Counted from the first letter of the stretch, positions 11,780 to 30,278 are shown. The stretch: DNA of 64,000 nt from the human T2T-CHM13v2.0 reference genome, Homo sapiens (GCF_009914755.1 NC_060931.1); one strand, 5' to 3'. Numbers and translations are program-made. The notes: generated from the sequence alone by a model not told the origin.

Positions 11780-12609
11780 TATTTAAGTTTAGGAGTTAGA
11801 GCCAAAGCTGAGAAAGGGGGAAAAAAGCTGCAAAATCAATTTGAATGCCAGGAGAAACCACTGTGAGAATAAAAGGTTGGAGACAATAGAAGCTGGAGGA
11901 AGGTAGCTATAGAGACCCCGTTGTTTCAGTTACTTTGGGCTACCTGACAGCAGCTTCTAAAAAAAAAAAAGAGAAACAAATGAAAGAATATTCTTAATCC
12001 TCAGGGCCCATCTTGAGAGAGACTTGCGTTGAACGAGTGGTGAGACCCAGCTCCAACATGCCAGCTGGCTGACTCAGCCCATGCTAGTGAAATAACTGAC
12101 TACCAAGTTGTTGACCCCTGCAGGGTTGATGAGCTAACAAGTATTTCATACCACCCAACATTACTGGGCAGCTGTGTGGCATCTTCCCATTTTGCCAACC
12201 TGTAGTCTATGGAACAACTTATATACATTGTCAAATGCCTTTCTTCTTTCTGGCTTGCTCTTCTTTGCCTGGACCAAGCAACAGTCCTAGTGGTGTAGTT
12301 ATTGTCAATAATATATACTTGATTTTTTTCCCTCTCTTCAGTCATTCCCTTGTATTATTTATATATCTTCCCTATTGACTAGATGTAGGTTCTGCTGAGA
12401 GCATGAGAACTCTTGTATTACCTTTGAATCCTTTTAAATGCCTGTGTGGTGTTACATTTTTTCGGTGCTCAATGCTTATGGTTTACTAAAATGGGAACTC
12501 TTAGTGGACTTACATAGGGCCCACTTCATAATTGTTTTCTGTTCTACAAATAGATACAATTTATTAGTTTTTTTTTCATTTTTATGGCATAGAAGAACAT
12601 TCTTATTTC

Positions 12610-13535
12610 TGCCTATCTTATGTTTTAAAATTTCATCTCTATGCTCCCCTGAATTCCTGATTCATATCCAACTGCTTACTTTATCTCGACTTGGATATTA
12701 ATAAGCATCTCATGCTTTATGTCTAAACTGAACTGGTATTCTTGCTCAAAACTGCCCCTTGTCTAGCTTCCCGCTTTCACTAAATAGCACATCCATCCTT
12801 CCAGTTTCTCAAGCTCTAAATTTTGCAGTTCTGTTTTAGTCCTCATTTTCTCCCATACCCCATGGCTAATCTGTCGCCAAATGCTTTGGGCTCCTTACTT
12901 GGAACCAATCTATTCTCATCCCGTCTACTGCCCTCACCCTATTCTATGGAGTCAGTACGTCATCTCTCTCCTGAATTATTGCTGCTGTCTCCTAACTGGT
13001 TTCCCCACTTCTTTGCTTCTTTCAGCAGAGCCTCTTAAAACTTAAGCTACATTATTTTTCTCTTCTACTGAAAATCTTCTGGTGTCTTCCCATCTCATTC
13101 AGAGTAAGACTTTACAGTGGCCCACACACAAGGCCCAGCCCTTTGTTAACTGATCTGTCATCATCTGAGGTGCTTCCCCTCTCTCACTTGGCTGCAGCTT
13201 CGCTGGCCACCTGGCTGCACTCCTCTGTGACCAGCTCCACCCCTCCTCAGAACTTTTGCCCCTGTTCTTCCCTCTATCTGCAGTACCCTTCCTCCTTGTA
13301 TCTACCTGGCATTTCTCCCTTATCTCCTAGTCGTTGCTCAGATGCTGCCTCAATGAAATAATCTCGACCCCTCAGTTTAAAATGACCATGTTTCCAGCCC
13401 TACTTTGTCTTCCATCCCCTTCCTGTAGAAGGTAAACTCTGTGAGGATAGATGTTTTGTTCATCACCATGGGAGTGCTCAGAAGGGGACCTGACACAATT
13501 TTAGTGCTCAAACATATTTGTGGAGTGAATGAAGT
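12610..13535 (+). mobile_element. L2 3' portion
   Basis: L2 3' motifs ending in tgctcaaacatatttgtggagtgaatgaa. Confidence 0.7.
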
Positions 13536-14052
13536 AGATGTGGTATATTCTTGGCAAACTTGAATTTTCAAACATTATGAAGTGCGGTTCTTAAACCATG
13601 TAGTTCACATCCAGATTCAGCTTCTCAATGTATATTTTAGGTTTGTCTCGTAAATTATGAAAACATTGATATGCATTTACCCAGCCATCTTTAAATCTTA
13701 ATATTTATCTCTGCATTACATGTCAAATGAAAGTTTAGTAATATTTTTAATATTCCTATAGGAAATAGATCACATAGAAATTGCGTTGCTTTAAAAAACA
13801 GTCGGAGTTCGGGAGATAAATTAATGTCTGCCAGAGGAGTGACTTAAAAGCACCATGACATGTATTTTTCCCCTTAAATTTTTCTAAGTCATTGATGTTA
13901 ATTTCTAAGTCAATCTGAGTCTTAAAGCAGATTGTTGAAAGGTTAAGTTCTGTTATGTGCACACAATTACTTTTATCTGCTGATGGTAATAGAAATCATT
14001 GAATGAGACAAGACTACAAAACAATGACCAAACTTTAACAGGCAGCCTTGGA

Positions 14053-14072
14053 TGTGTGTGTGTGTGTGTGTG
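14053..14072. repeat. (TG)n microsatellite
   Basis: Direct observation. Confidence 0.9.
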
Positions 14073-14972
14073 TCTGGGAAAAGGGCAGAACACAAAGCAT
14101 TCAAGAGTGAGAAGATTTATTAAGATGGAATGAAAGCATTAATTACATCCCAAATGAATATAAATAACACTGGAAAATATGATGCCTAGAAAATAAAGAT
14201 TAAGAATAACACCGTGGAAATAATATATAAAGGTGTTACCATGGAGTTGGGCTGTCGAAATTCATAAAGAAAAGTAAGGAGAGGAGCAGAAGGAAGTGCA
14301 GTTGAAATGTGCATCCAAGTGTAATAAGTCAGCCATGTGAATTAAATAACACATGGTGTGTCTGAGCCTTGGTAGGTGGTGCTTTGTAAAAGATCTGTCT
14401 TTCCCCAGGGGTCCCTGAGTTCTAGTGCAGGGAACAAATGAAGGAGCAACTTGGCTTGTAAAAGCTTGTGGTGTATGTTGTACACGTTTTTACTAAAGAC
14501 CTGAGCAAACTTTAGACCCCAAACCATTGGATGATGTGACTCCACTATTTCACATACACCTTATAGCAGCAACAATAATAAAACACCATTTTCAGTTATA
14601 TAAGTGACATTGGCTCAAAATGCAAATAGAATGACTTCTATCTATTAGTCATGCATGCTTTAGAAGCCTTTAACTACCTCCATTTGTGTTTAGGTAATTT
14701 GATAGTTGTATTAAGGGCAGAATGATTTGGGTATCTGGAATTCTTATATGGCTTTTCCTTTAAGTCTATCAGTGCAACTCAAACTTGTGTATCTAGGAAT
14801 TTTTATACAAAGGTACGTGTACAAAATTCATATGCATTCTGTTTTATAGCATGATTTAAGAGGTTTTTGAGGATGTTTGGTTTGTCTTTGCCTTTAAGTG
14901 TAGCATACTTAAGAGCAAAGTTGGTCTCATGATTTTTTTGCCATGAAAATTTGCCTTTGCTTTCTTTGCTAT

Positions 14973-15320
14973 ACAATAGTTACCTCTTATCCATGGACAG
15001 TACATTTCAAGCCCCCCCAGGGGATGCCTGAAACAACAGATAGTACCAAACCCCTATGAATATTTTGGTTTTACTTATACAATAATGGGCAGATAGCATA
15101 TGCAGTGTGGCTGTTCTGGACAAAGGGGTGATTCATGTTCTGGGTGGGATGGAGTGAGATAGTGGGAGATTTCATCATGCCACTCATGATGACACACAAT
15201 TTAAAACTCATGAACATTTATTTCTGGAATTTTCTATGTAGTATTTTTGTAGTTCAAGTGCTTCAGGTAACTGAAACTGGAAAGTGAAACTTCAGATAAG
15301 GTTGGGGAGGGGGATTATGG
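14973..15320. mobile_element. MER44/Tigger7-derived DNA transposon
   Basis: cttatccatgg...gatgcctgaaac...gagatttcatcatgccactca...tttatttctggaatttt. Confidence 0.75.
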
Positions 15321-15469
15321 CACATACATATGCTACATGTGTGTATGTATACTGTATGCATCTTATGTTTAAATGTATTCATATTGTGTGTATGTGTGTA
15401 TATACTGTGTATAGATAAACAGGTACAGACACAGCAGTGCCATCTCAAAACAGCCTTATGCCCTTACGT

Positions 15470-17090
15470 TTTTCCGAATGAATCAGAAATAAGTTGCATA
15501 CATGATGACACTTATCCTTCAGTACTTCAGCGTGCATCTCCTAAGAATAAGGGCACTCTCCTGCATAACCATTACTAAACTGTAATCAATTCTCCAATTG
15601 ACTTTTGTGGCTTTTGTTTTTAATTCAAGATTCATTCTAGGCTTGTGCATTGCATGTGATGCTCGTGTCTCTTTATGCTCTTTTCTATTTGAAGAGTATT
15701 CACACCACTATCCTTTTTATTTTTGTTTTTCACCACATTGACTTCTCTGAAGAGTCCAGGATAGTCGCCTTTAGAATGTCCCATATACTGTTTATTATTA
15801 TTATTTTTAATGACTAAATTCAAGTAAAACTTCTGGCAAGGATTTATCACAATTGATGTTATATAGTTCTTGTTGCAACGCATCAGAAGGCAGGTAATGC
15901 CAGCTTGCTCCAGTATTGGTGATGCTGTTTGATTACATGGTTCAGATGGTGACTGCCAGATCTCTCCACTGTAAAAGCATATTATCCCCAATGAAATTAT
16001 TAAATAATCTGAGAGATGCTGCTTTGAAACTACAATATCATATCCCCCAACAACCTTTTAATAATTGCCAGCATCCATAATGGTCCTTGCCTGAATCTGT
16101 TACTACACTGGGAGTTGCAAACCACTGATTTTTCTAATTTTATTATTCCTTTTACATTTTTATGTGACTTTTTTCTGTATAGAAGAACTCTTCCCCTGCC
16201 ATCTGTCTTTTATTTACAATATTACCATGGACTCATGGAATTTTTAAATTTGTCCAATGTAAATTCCAACATTACTGTCATTATTCATTTTTATGTTTAA
16301 GTTGTCCCAAATGGACCAGGGGGAGCCCCTTCATGACAGCCTACACAATTTTTTTAATGGTTATAACTTTTTGTGTCTTCTTTAAGAAATCTTTGCAAAA
16401 AATATTGCAAAAAAAATTGTCCTACACATTCTTCTAAAGCTTTGTATTTTTAATTTTTACGTTTAGGTCTGTAAATCGTCTTAAATTATTTTTTACCTGG
16501 TGTGAGTTAGGGTTTGAAGTTCTTTTCAGTTTTAATATCTGGTTGTTTTCTTCACTGTTTGCAGAAAACAGACTTTATTTTCACCATTGGATTACTTTGA
16601 CAGCTTTGTCAAAATTGAAATGACCATATATGTGTGGGCCTATTTATATACTCTCTATTATGTTCTATTGACCTATTTGTTTATTCTTATGCTAGTACCA
16701 TACTGTTTTGATTACTGAAGCTTTGTGGAGTCTTTAAGCTAGGTAATGTGTCTTCTATTTTTGTTCTTTTCCCAGATTGCTTTGGACAGGCTTATTTCTT
16801 TGCATTTTGTATACATTTTAGAATTAGCTTGTCAGTTTCTATTAAAAAAAAAAAGCATGGTGGGATTATGATTGGGATTGAGTTGAATCTGTAGATCAGT
16901 TTGAGGAGAATTGATATCTTAACAATATGAATTCTTCCAATCCATGAACATGGTATATCTCACGATTTATTTTCAACTACTTCCATTTCTCTCAGCAGTA
17001 TTATGTAGCTTTCAGTTTTGCAATATTGCATATCTTTTATTAAATTTATTCCTTAGTGTTTTGTTTTTGATGCTATTTTAAATGGCTGCC
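15470..17090 (-). mobile_element. Old L1 (L1M-type) antisense fragments
   Basis: Antisense ORF2 3' motifs (gattgagttgaatctgtagatcagtttgaggagaattgatatcttaacaat). Confidence 0.75.
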
Positions 17091-18214
17091 TTGCCTTTCT
17101 TTTTTTGCTTTCTCTTTCTCTTTCTGTGTCTAGTCTTTTCCCATTCCCCTGGATTGAAGGAATTGGTAAATATATGAATCACAAAATCATAAAAGTGAGC
17201 TCTTGTTAACAAAGTTTTGTTGTTGTTGTTTGTTTGCTTGCTTTTTTAAATGGAAGGCAAAAGTATGCGGCATGATAGATGTAATTATAGAGGTCTGTGT
17301 ACACTCTTCTTTGATAGGGGCAGAGAGGGTTAGAAGAGTAAGAGGAAACAAAGGTTTCCCTGAGAAAATGGGCTTTGAATTAAGGCTTATCAAATGGGTC
17401 AGAACTTTACAGATAAGGAGAGTGGCACTCAAGGTGCTACTGGAGAGAAAAATGCAAGCAGAGGTTTGTGAGAACATAATGTCTTTAGGGAACTGCTTGT
17501 GATTTTTTACCATGATGAAGTGGCTATGGAGAAGTAGGCCAGTGTTAGGTTAGGCAAAATTAAAGAGTTTGAGCTCTACCTGAATGAAGGTCCCAAGAAA
17601 CCATTTAATAAATAATCTCATAAATTTAATTTGCTTCTCTAAAAAATCGGCTGCTGTCAACTAAGTGCTTTTTTAAAAAAATGAACTAATGCTTAATATT
17701 TGGAAAATTTCCTGTTACAATTCAGATTTCTGGCATCCACTGATAAATATAAGTCTGCCCTCTCTTTCCACACATATAGCCCCTGAAGATCGGGCGCACA
17801 CTCCTCTCCTGTTTGTTCCTCCTTGTCTCCTGAGGCCAACTGTCAGTTTCCAATTTTCTTTCAGCTTACATTGTTGTTGGTTTTTTTTTATGTCAGGGAT
17901 GTGTTTCTCCCTGGCTCTTTCCAAAATCCTTCCCTCTCTATGTGTTTCTCTGTGTCTCTTTCAGAATAAGAGACTTAGCCACATTTTAAGAGAGTGAAAC
18001 AGATATCCACTTGGAAATGAAGAGTTGTCCTACAAAATTTGAAATTATGCAAGTTCCCCCTGCCACCTGCCTCCAATTAAAAACCAATCAAAATGTACAT
18101 AATTTCAAAGCTTTTGGCCTAAATGAATTGTAAGTTGTGTTCGTGCATGCTTTTGAAATGCAGTGAAACGTTTTAATGAGTAAACAGAAATGTCTGTCCT
18201 CCTATTAGGATTAG

Positions 18215-18536
<322 letters not shown>

Positions 18537-20012
18537 AGGATTAGTTTTTATCTATATGTGTTTTGAATTATGTGAGGTTTTAGGAATAAGCTCTGATATG
18601 TTTGTCTGACTTGTGGGAGCGGTTGTGAGGTTTAAATGACATAATGTATCTTAAGTACTCAGCATTGTGCCTGACACAGTAAGTCCCAGTGTGAGGAAGC
18701 TCTATTCATTTTGTTATTGTTAATATATGGTATACAATGTTATGTAATATATAATTATGTTATATTAATATGTGTGGTTAGTTTATACTTTTGTCCTGTA
18801 GTATGTTGCAATCTTTAATATTCTTGTGTTGTTACATGTTCTTGTTCAGATAATGTCAGTATTATCCTAGCTTTATTTAATAATAGGATAGATTTCCTTT
18901 TTAACATTCTGAATCAATATGTAGGATTTTGTCTTTTATTTCAAATATTGAAATGCCCATAAAACTGTCTGACTCCAGTCCCTTTGCTAGGTAATTATTT
19001 TTCACTATTCTTTTTTTGGAATGGTTTATTCTATTCAGGTCATTTGCTTCTTCTTAGTGTAATTTATATATTTCCAGAGTATTGACTTTAGTTATGGTTT
19101 TCAAATGGAATTAAAATATTACTTATACTTTGAAAGTGACCTCTTCTATAGTGGTACTTGTATTCCTTTATTAGTACTCCCTTTATTAGTACTTTACATT
19201 TGCCCTTTTAAAGGACTGATCATTGGATTTATCTATATATTTTAAATTTGTTTATGAAGTGTTCATCAGGCACAAAAGTAGAGTTTTTGTTATAAAGAGT
19301 CACATTTTTCCCACTCCCCAGGTTGCAACAGTTATCATCATCCTCCTTTTGGATTTACTAATTGTATTCATTGTTTTTCTTTTTTCTTTTCTATCCTTTT
19401 CCATATAGAATAGTTGCAGCTTTCTAACCTTATTATTTAAATGCCGAATTATTTAATTTTATTCTTTATTTTAAAAGTAGTAAATTACTTTAAGGTAGTG
19501 ATTTTGATAGTAAGCCCAAGTTTACAGCTTTCCATTGTTTTTACTGTCATTTTTTTCCAATAGTTTGTTTTACTTTTTAAATATTTTTATCTCAATGTTA
19601 TTTTAGTAAATAGTACTATGTTATGGAAGTCTATTTTATGCACTGCTCATTCTCTATAGAGTTCCTTATTGCAAGATTTATTACGTGTTTTTTGGTGGTC
19701 TAGTTTTGTGATCAATTTTATAAATATGGCTTACCTCCTCAACATAGTATATAGTCTATGACTGTAAAGTTAAAAAATAATTATCTGTCTTAAAAATTTT
19801 AATTATAGTATTGAAATAATCTGTATTCGTATCATTAAAATATCAAATAGGCTAAAAAAGTAAATGTCAAAACCTTTCATTGTGATTATAATCTTCCATT
19901 TACATAGCATTTGCCTTTTTTTTGTTTTTAAAACATTTTGTATCTCTGTTCTTTCTGATAAAGCATACACTGATACTGAGTGGTGAATATTAAGCCTAAT
20001 TTTATATATATA

Positions 20013-20294
20013 TTTGGACTGAGTCTCGCTCTGTAGACCAGGCTGGAGTGCAGTGGCACAGTCTCGGCTCACTGCAACCTCTGCCTCCCTGTTCAAGTGA
20101 TTCTCCTGCCTCAGCCTCCTGAGTCGCTGGGAGTACAGGCGCACGTCACCATGCCTGGCTAATTTTTATATTTTTATTAGAGACGGGTTTTACCATGTTG
20201 GCCAGGCTGGTCTCGAACTCCTGACCCCATGTGATCCACTTGCCTCGGCCTTTCACAATGATGAGATTACAAGCGTGAGCCACTGCCCCTGGCC
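20013..20294 (-). mobile_element. AluS
   Basis: Full antisense Alu dimer. Confidence 0.93.
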
Positions 20295-22060
20295 ACACTT
20301 ATCAGTTTTTAAAAATCCCAGTGTTAGCCATACTTGCTGAGTTGAAAGAATATGTGTCAGAATTTGCAGAGCTTAATTATGCACCTTGAGTTATTGTGGA
20401 CTTATTAAAAGCCTTTGTGTGAGCTGTGAACCTCCTCTGACTTTTATTGGTGTGAATTAGTAATCATACCCAAATACTTGCAAGTCAGAATAAACAAATT
20501 ATTGTATAGTCAAGTTCAGTGATTCTAGCTTTGCTTTGAGCTTGCTAACTGTAGTCCACTTAATAATTCCAGTTAAGGAAAATTATTGATAATTACCTGT
20601 AAGTTTATAAAGAGATACTGGGGGAATATCTGAGTGATGATACAACCTTTCTATAATTCTTTTTTTGGAATTACCACTTGCATACCATGTACAGAATGTG
20701 CGAGTATTTTGTAATAGCTATCCATCATTTAGACTGTGTCTGAATGATATCTCTAGAAGTTCCCAAAGAGTAGTTTGTAGCTGATGGTGCCAATGTAGGT
20801 CATTAGAAATATCTAGACTCCATCTCCCAAGAAACTACTCCGTATTATCACATTGGTGACATTATTCGTGTTTGAACCCAGCCCTTCTCCTTGTTAACTG
20901 AGAAACCTGATTAGTCAGCAGCTTAAAGAGCCCACTTGCAAGTGGCTTTGCCTTGCATGAGTAGGCTCATGTCTCAGTGTCTGCAGTGAACACCTTAACT
21001 GCCATGTGGACTGAATGTTTACTTCAACCTGACCAGCCTGTTGTTTCCTTACGTAAAATGTTACATCTTAATCAGAAACATGGAATTAGAAAAAGGATGT
21101 GGGAGGCATGCAGAGGATTATTAAATTAAATTGTTGTCAATTAATTATAGGAATCACTTGGCCAATGGATGGGAGATAGTTGATGCAGTGTCACATTGGA
21201 TCATGACACTCCTTTTCCTGTGTTTTCCTGGCTGACCCATCCTCTTTCTGATGGGCACATTCCCTCTTCTCCTCTTTAGACTTGAGCATGTGCCTGTCAG
21301 CTTGTTCTCATTGCTTGGCTTGTGAGCTATTTTGTTTCTTTGAGGATATAGCACATCTACTGTGATTCATTATGTGTTTTTTTAATAGTGTAACTCTCAG
21401 TATTCCTTTGTTTCAAAATTATTCCCCATTGTAGACCTGATGATATATATCTATGGAATGCTTTGTAGAGTTTCATACATAAACTTCTTTTTCTCTGTTT
21501 CTTTTTTTAAAATTTCACTCGTTTTCACTTGGCACGTTAGGAATTTGCTGACAAAATTTGATTCTTTGACTCCAAAAATATTTTTTAATTTGAAGTAATA
21601 CCAAATAACTGGCCGAGTGAGTTTATTTAAATGCCTTATAGAATTTTTCACATAATATTTTGAGATGACTGGTTTTTACCCAGATTTCTCTATATAGTAG
21701 CTTTCTATTGCCTCAGCTATTAATTTGGATGTAATTTATGAAATAAATTTTTAGAAAAAATATTTCTAAAATTGGGACTACTGGATTTAAATTTTAAACG
21801 CCTGTTTTTTTCTGGACATTGTATTTAATATGGATCATATATGGCACACAGGAAAACAAGGCTGCTTTGAAATGTCAACGTAATTGTAATGGGCAGTTCG
21901 CCAAAGAAAGATTTGTTTGCTTTTGGCTTTATGAAACTTTTCCTGTAGAGCTTCGTGGTGAAGCTTCTCAGACTCAGGAGGTTGGAGTGTCACACACATG
22001 CATCAGCTCCCTAACCTTGCCCACTGCCAGTCCTTTCCCTGTGAATTTCTGATCCTGTGA

Positions 22061-22459
<399 letters not shown>

Positions 22460-25400
22460 TAAGAATAGCTTATCTACAAACCATCTTTGAGGTGTTTTCA
22501 AAATGTAGACAGCCTCATATAGGCAGACATTAAGCAGAACTTTTTATTTTATCTAAGTTTGAATTACTGGTTGAATTTGACATATCAGTTTTCCAGGTCT
22601 TGTTAGCATGCCATAATGTTCCTCATGTCACATGGGTGCCTTTAGAATATGACGGTGACGCTGTCTTGCTGTGTTTTAGTACTCTGGATTAGCTTCCTTC
22701 CCACATCTCTCTTCTCTAAGCATGCTTATTTTTAAAGCATCTGTGTTTTTTCAGGCCTCTTTCTCATACTAGCAAGGTAAGTTTATAAATGTCAGGTTAT
22801 TCCCTCACTGTTCCCATTTCCTACTTCTAGCTGCTTCACCTCGGAAGGTGAGGGCTCTAAACAGGACTTTTGTGTCATTAACCAGGTCTCATAACAGTGG
22901 GGGGCCTTGCAAGACAGCCAGCTCAGGCTGCTTCCTGCTTCCAGGGGCACCCAGTCCCAGGATACAGTGGTCACAGCCATGGCAGTCTGTCCTTTGGGAC
23001 TCTCAAATCCCATGACTGTATTTCGCACACCATGTGAACACTTCTTGATGTGTCTCCTACTTTCTTCTGTGAATCTGGGGTAAGGCAGGACGATAGAGAG
23101 GAAAGAGCCAAGTTTTAATCCTAACTATACACTATCTTGAAATATCTCTTAGATGGATCCATGTAGGCCCCACCGTTTTTGCCTGTAAAAAGAGTCAGAA
23201 AGATCAGGCTGGCAAAGTCAATTGCCTCCAGGCTAGGTGAAGATTGAGGCCAACTGGAGAGTGCGTGCCCCACTGAAAGTGGTCAGCAGCTTGGCTTTAT
23301 TATCATGGTAAGAGAATGCAGACCTGGTGATTCTATATCTTTTGACTTTTCAAGAGAAGCTGGAAATCTGGGTAAAAAATAATTAATTAAAATGTTAGCA
23401 GTTAAGTCAGTATCTTAAGAAACACTGTACAAGACCAAGAAAACATGTCTCTAAGCCAAATCATCTCCAAAGACCTTTAGCTAAGATGATGACTAAGGCC
23501 TTTCTAAATTAAATATTTTTAATGTCTATTATTCCAACATTCTTTTGGAGGAAAACATACAGTGTCCTGGCTGCTGCCATAAGTAGTGCTGAGAAGGCTG
23601 GGTGGTTGGGTTGAGAGACTTGGCTTGGCTGTCAACAGGAGGTGCACAGTCTCTCTCTTCTCCTCCTAGGAAGGCTGAGAGATTGTGGGGCTCCTGTAAA
23701 ATGCAAGTAGTGGTAGCTCCTGCTCCATAGCAGCTGCTGTCCACCATCTGGGTAGTGTCACTTCTGTGTGGAAGCAGATGGAGCTGATGTTTTGACCCGG
23801 CTCTGTACCCATCATGAGGTGCAGCCTAGATCAGGTGAAATTCAGGCAACGTACAGACCTGTGAGCTTGAGAATAAATGTATAGGTTACTTTAAGCCATT
23901 GAGTTTTTAGTGATTTGTTAATGTAGCATAAATAGAAATAGCTGACTGATAATGTAGTATAGAGGAGGATAGTTACACATTGGTATAAAACAAGACATCA
24001 ATCTCTTTTTCAGAAAACAACCAAAGGGGATTCTCATCTTCTCACCCAAATGTTTTTCTTTATTTTCTAATTCTTCACTCCCATACTTCCCACACAGTTG
24101 GGATAAATTCTGAATTGCAGATTTAGCTTCCTGTGTATACAGCCAATCAATACTTAGCACCCTCTTTAGAGAGGTATGGCTTTCCTTAAGCCAACCCCAG
24201 AGAGGATCTCAGTACCCCGGATTGAATATTTAATACTTCTGAAATGACATCTGGAAAAATACCCAAGCTTTTCCTCAGAAACAAAAACAAACAGTTGTAA
24301 TCTCCTGAATTCAACAGAGATTGCTGAGAGCCTACTCTCTGCTAGTATATGTGCTAGATGCTAGATAGAATTTATGCAGTTGATATTTGTTCTGTTCCTG
24401 CTGTCTGTCGTGTGCTGTGGTCAAATTCAGAGCCTTTAAGGAATATACTAGTTAGTGGGAGAGGCAGTGAAGTGGATAATTAAGGCCTAGTGTGGTAAGC
24501 AGTATCATTAAGTGGCACATCCACAGACTTAGGGGAGCTTGGGGGAAATGCATCTGACTGCCTGGAGGTTGGAATATGGGGAGCATTCAGAAAAGTCTCT
24601 CTGAAGGAACTCACCCCGTACTTCAGCTTTCTGAAGGATATGGTTAGGATGAAATCCAATAACCAGACAGTAGAAAGTGGCTGTAAGGAATGATCCTTCT
24701 CTTTACTCATTAAAAGGAAGGGCTCTTTCTCAATGAGTGTCAGAATCACATGGTTCAGGTATTGGGGATTAACCAAGAGCCACATGTGATATTGGTGCAT
24801 ATGCACACCAAAAATTTATAACTTGATTGTGTATGAAAATTCCATGACACTTTTTCTGCACTTTCTCAGACTCTCTTGGCATTGCCTCAAGAACCTGCAG
24901 CCACGGGCTTTGCTGGGCAGGCAGCTCTAATCTAGTCTGTGGGGTTCCAGCACCTAGGCTAGCCAGTCCCACACACAGTTTTTGTATCTTCCCTCAAGAC
25001 TCGAATGAAATGCCATCCCAGAAATGTGTAATCTGGCTTTAAGAGAGGCTACCTTAGGCAGATGAAGCAACTAGAAATGTAGTAGAGTTAACTCACTGTC
25101 AGGAGGAATTTGACAGGTGGAAATAGGCAACAAGAAGCAGCTGGGTAGATGTAGTCCTCCCCACTGTTCCCCTCAAAGCCCCCACCCCAGACTGCTCTGA
25201 GGCATGGTTTCTCCATTTCACCCATCTGGAAATGTATCACCTGGCTGAATGTACCTGTCTGCCCTTAACCTGCTGTGTCGCTTCAAGGCTGGTGAAGAAG
25301 CTAGTGCAGTGCTTCTCGTTCTTCCCTGTTCCACTATTTTTAATTCTCATTTAACCTATATATTTTTTAAGGAACTCAGGTTAAACGTTCTATGTGTTAA

Positions 25401-26625
25401 GCCTGAGTTCCTTAAAAACATTTAGAAGTGTATCTAGTATATTAACTCAAATACATTTGTATTTAGAATGTTTTAACTCAACAATGAAATGAGTCACAGA
25501 AAAAGAAGCCAGTCTTATTTTAAGGGCTAATAATGCAGAAATCAAGAGTTTCCTACAGAGCATAAATTAGCTGATATTTCCTTAGTATTTTTCACCAGTG
25601 CTTCCCAAATTTCCCAGTTTACAGTCTGCTTTGTAGGAGTAAGAAAGATTCTTGAGCTCTCCCTTCCCACTAGTCCACAGGCCCTTACCGATCCCCCAAA
25701 TAGATTATCAATCAGCAGTAATTGTTTTTTTGGGGGGATGGGGAGTAGAGCCTGTCAACTTTGTTGACCTGCTGTTGTGTGCTGCAAGAGGCCATATGTG
25801 ACTGTTAGTTTCACCAGCAGTAAGGGAGATAGAAGACAAAGATGGCCAAATGTTTCTGAGTTTGAATAGTATGTTTCTAACATGAGTCCCTCAAACTAAT
25901 TTTTCTTCTTCTCTAATTTTTCTGTTTTTAAGTAAAAGTTTCACTCAAAAAATTAATTCTAGAAGTCTGAACCATATGTTTTCATAACCTAACAGAGATT
26001 AACCTTGTCATTGGTTACATCTAGACCAATTAATTCACTGGATTAAGTAGGTAAACTATAAAGAAAAAGAAAAGCAAGCTCACTCTCCTTTTTACAACTT
26101 CCCTTTTTCCCAGAGAAAGATCAGTTTGATTAGAGCCAATCTGCTCAGAGATGTCTCTGCTTTGTGTAACTTTTTTTATTGAGGTGAAAGTATCTATAAA
26201 TTCTTGCTAATTAGCAGTTACACATATACATATGAAAAATAATGTAATGGTTCTCATTTCCCAAGCCATGTATTTCCATTGTGTATTTAATGTCTTTTTT
26301 TATTTTGAAATATATTTCACATTTCTGAGATTGATACGTTTCTTAATCTTTCTTATTCACAAGAAGTGGGTTTGTGGAAGGAAAAAGGAGTGAAACTAAG
26401 AAAATGATTTAATTTCCTTGAAAATGATCTTCCTCCTAAAATCAGTCCTTGGTTTGAATTTTGAATTCGTTCAATTTTCTGTACATATTAGTGAATTTAA
26501 TAATTTAAATTAATTTTAAAATATAGCTGCTAATTATTAGACTGGCTTAGAATTATTTGAGTTGCTTTTTCATAATGTAGGATATATTGTTGCAAAAATA
26601 TGTCTGTATTCATTCATCCAGATTT

Positions 26626-26931
26626 CTTTTTTTTTGTTTGTTTTGTTTTGAGACAGGGTCTTACTCTGTTGCCCAGGCTGGAGTGCAGTGGCACCATCTC
26701 AGCTCACTGGAGCGTCTGCCTCCAGGTTCAAGTGATTCTCCTGCCTCAGCATCCCAAGTAGCTGGGACTACAGGTGTGCACTACCACTCCTGTCTAATGT
26801 TTGTATTTTTTGGTAGAGACAGGGTTTCCCTATGTTGGCCAGTCTGGTCTTGAACTGCTGGCCTCAAGTGATCTGCCCGCCTCGGCCTCCTAAAGTGCTG
26901 GGATTACAGGTATGTGCCACTGCACCCGGCC
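26626..26931 (-). mobile_element. Alu (J/S)
   Basis: Full antisense Alu dimer. Confidence 0.92.
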
Positions 26932-27490
26932 TCAGCTATTTTCTTAAACTTAAAATATGTGTTTCATCACAAAAGATGTATTAATTACATTCATATTTAC
27001 TTACTGTTTCAGAATTAACTCCTAGAAGTCTGACAGGCGGTAGTGCTTTGCAAGCTTTGTGTTAAGAGCTGCTACTGGGGAATATGTTGTTGCTGTACCT
27101 TCCACTAGGGTGGCATTGATCTCATTAAGACAGAAATTATGTAAGAATGCTTTTAATTTGGGAGCTTATTATTTTCTTTCCTTTTACTAAATGCTTAAGT
27201 GGCTTCTTACTGAGTTTTTCAAAATGCTTTGCTGATTTGCTGACTCTGAGGAAACAAATTGAATGACAGAGACACATTACCTAATGTTGCCTATATTGGC
27301 AGAAAAGAAAGGGAAAGGCTGCTTAGGGTTCTGAGGACATCTGTACAGAACCCCAGCAAAGTGATGTTTGAATTTAGTGCCTCTCATTGTAAACATATAA
27401 CAAGTGCAAAAAGTGTGAAAAAGGCCAAAGGAGGGGGAAAATATAATCTCATTAGTCCGAGAGAATCATTGGTAATATCTGATATATTTC

Positions 27491-30278
<2,788 letters not shown>

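Noticed and set aside
19165-19194. Small tandem duplication cctttattagtact x2
   Set aside because: An ordinary slippage duplication with no evident function.
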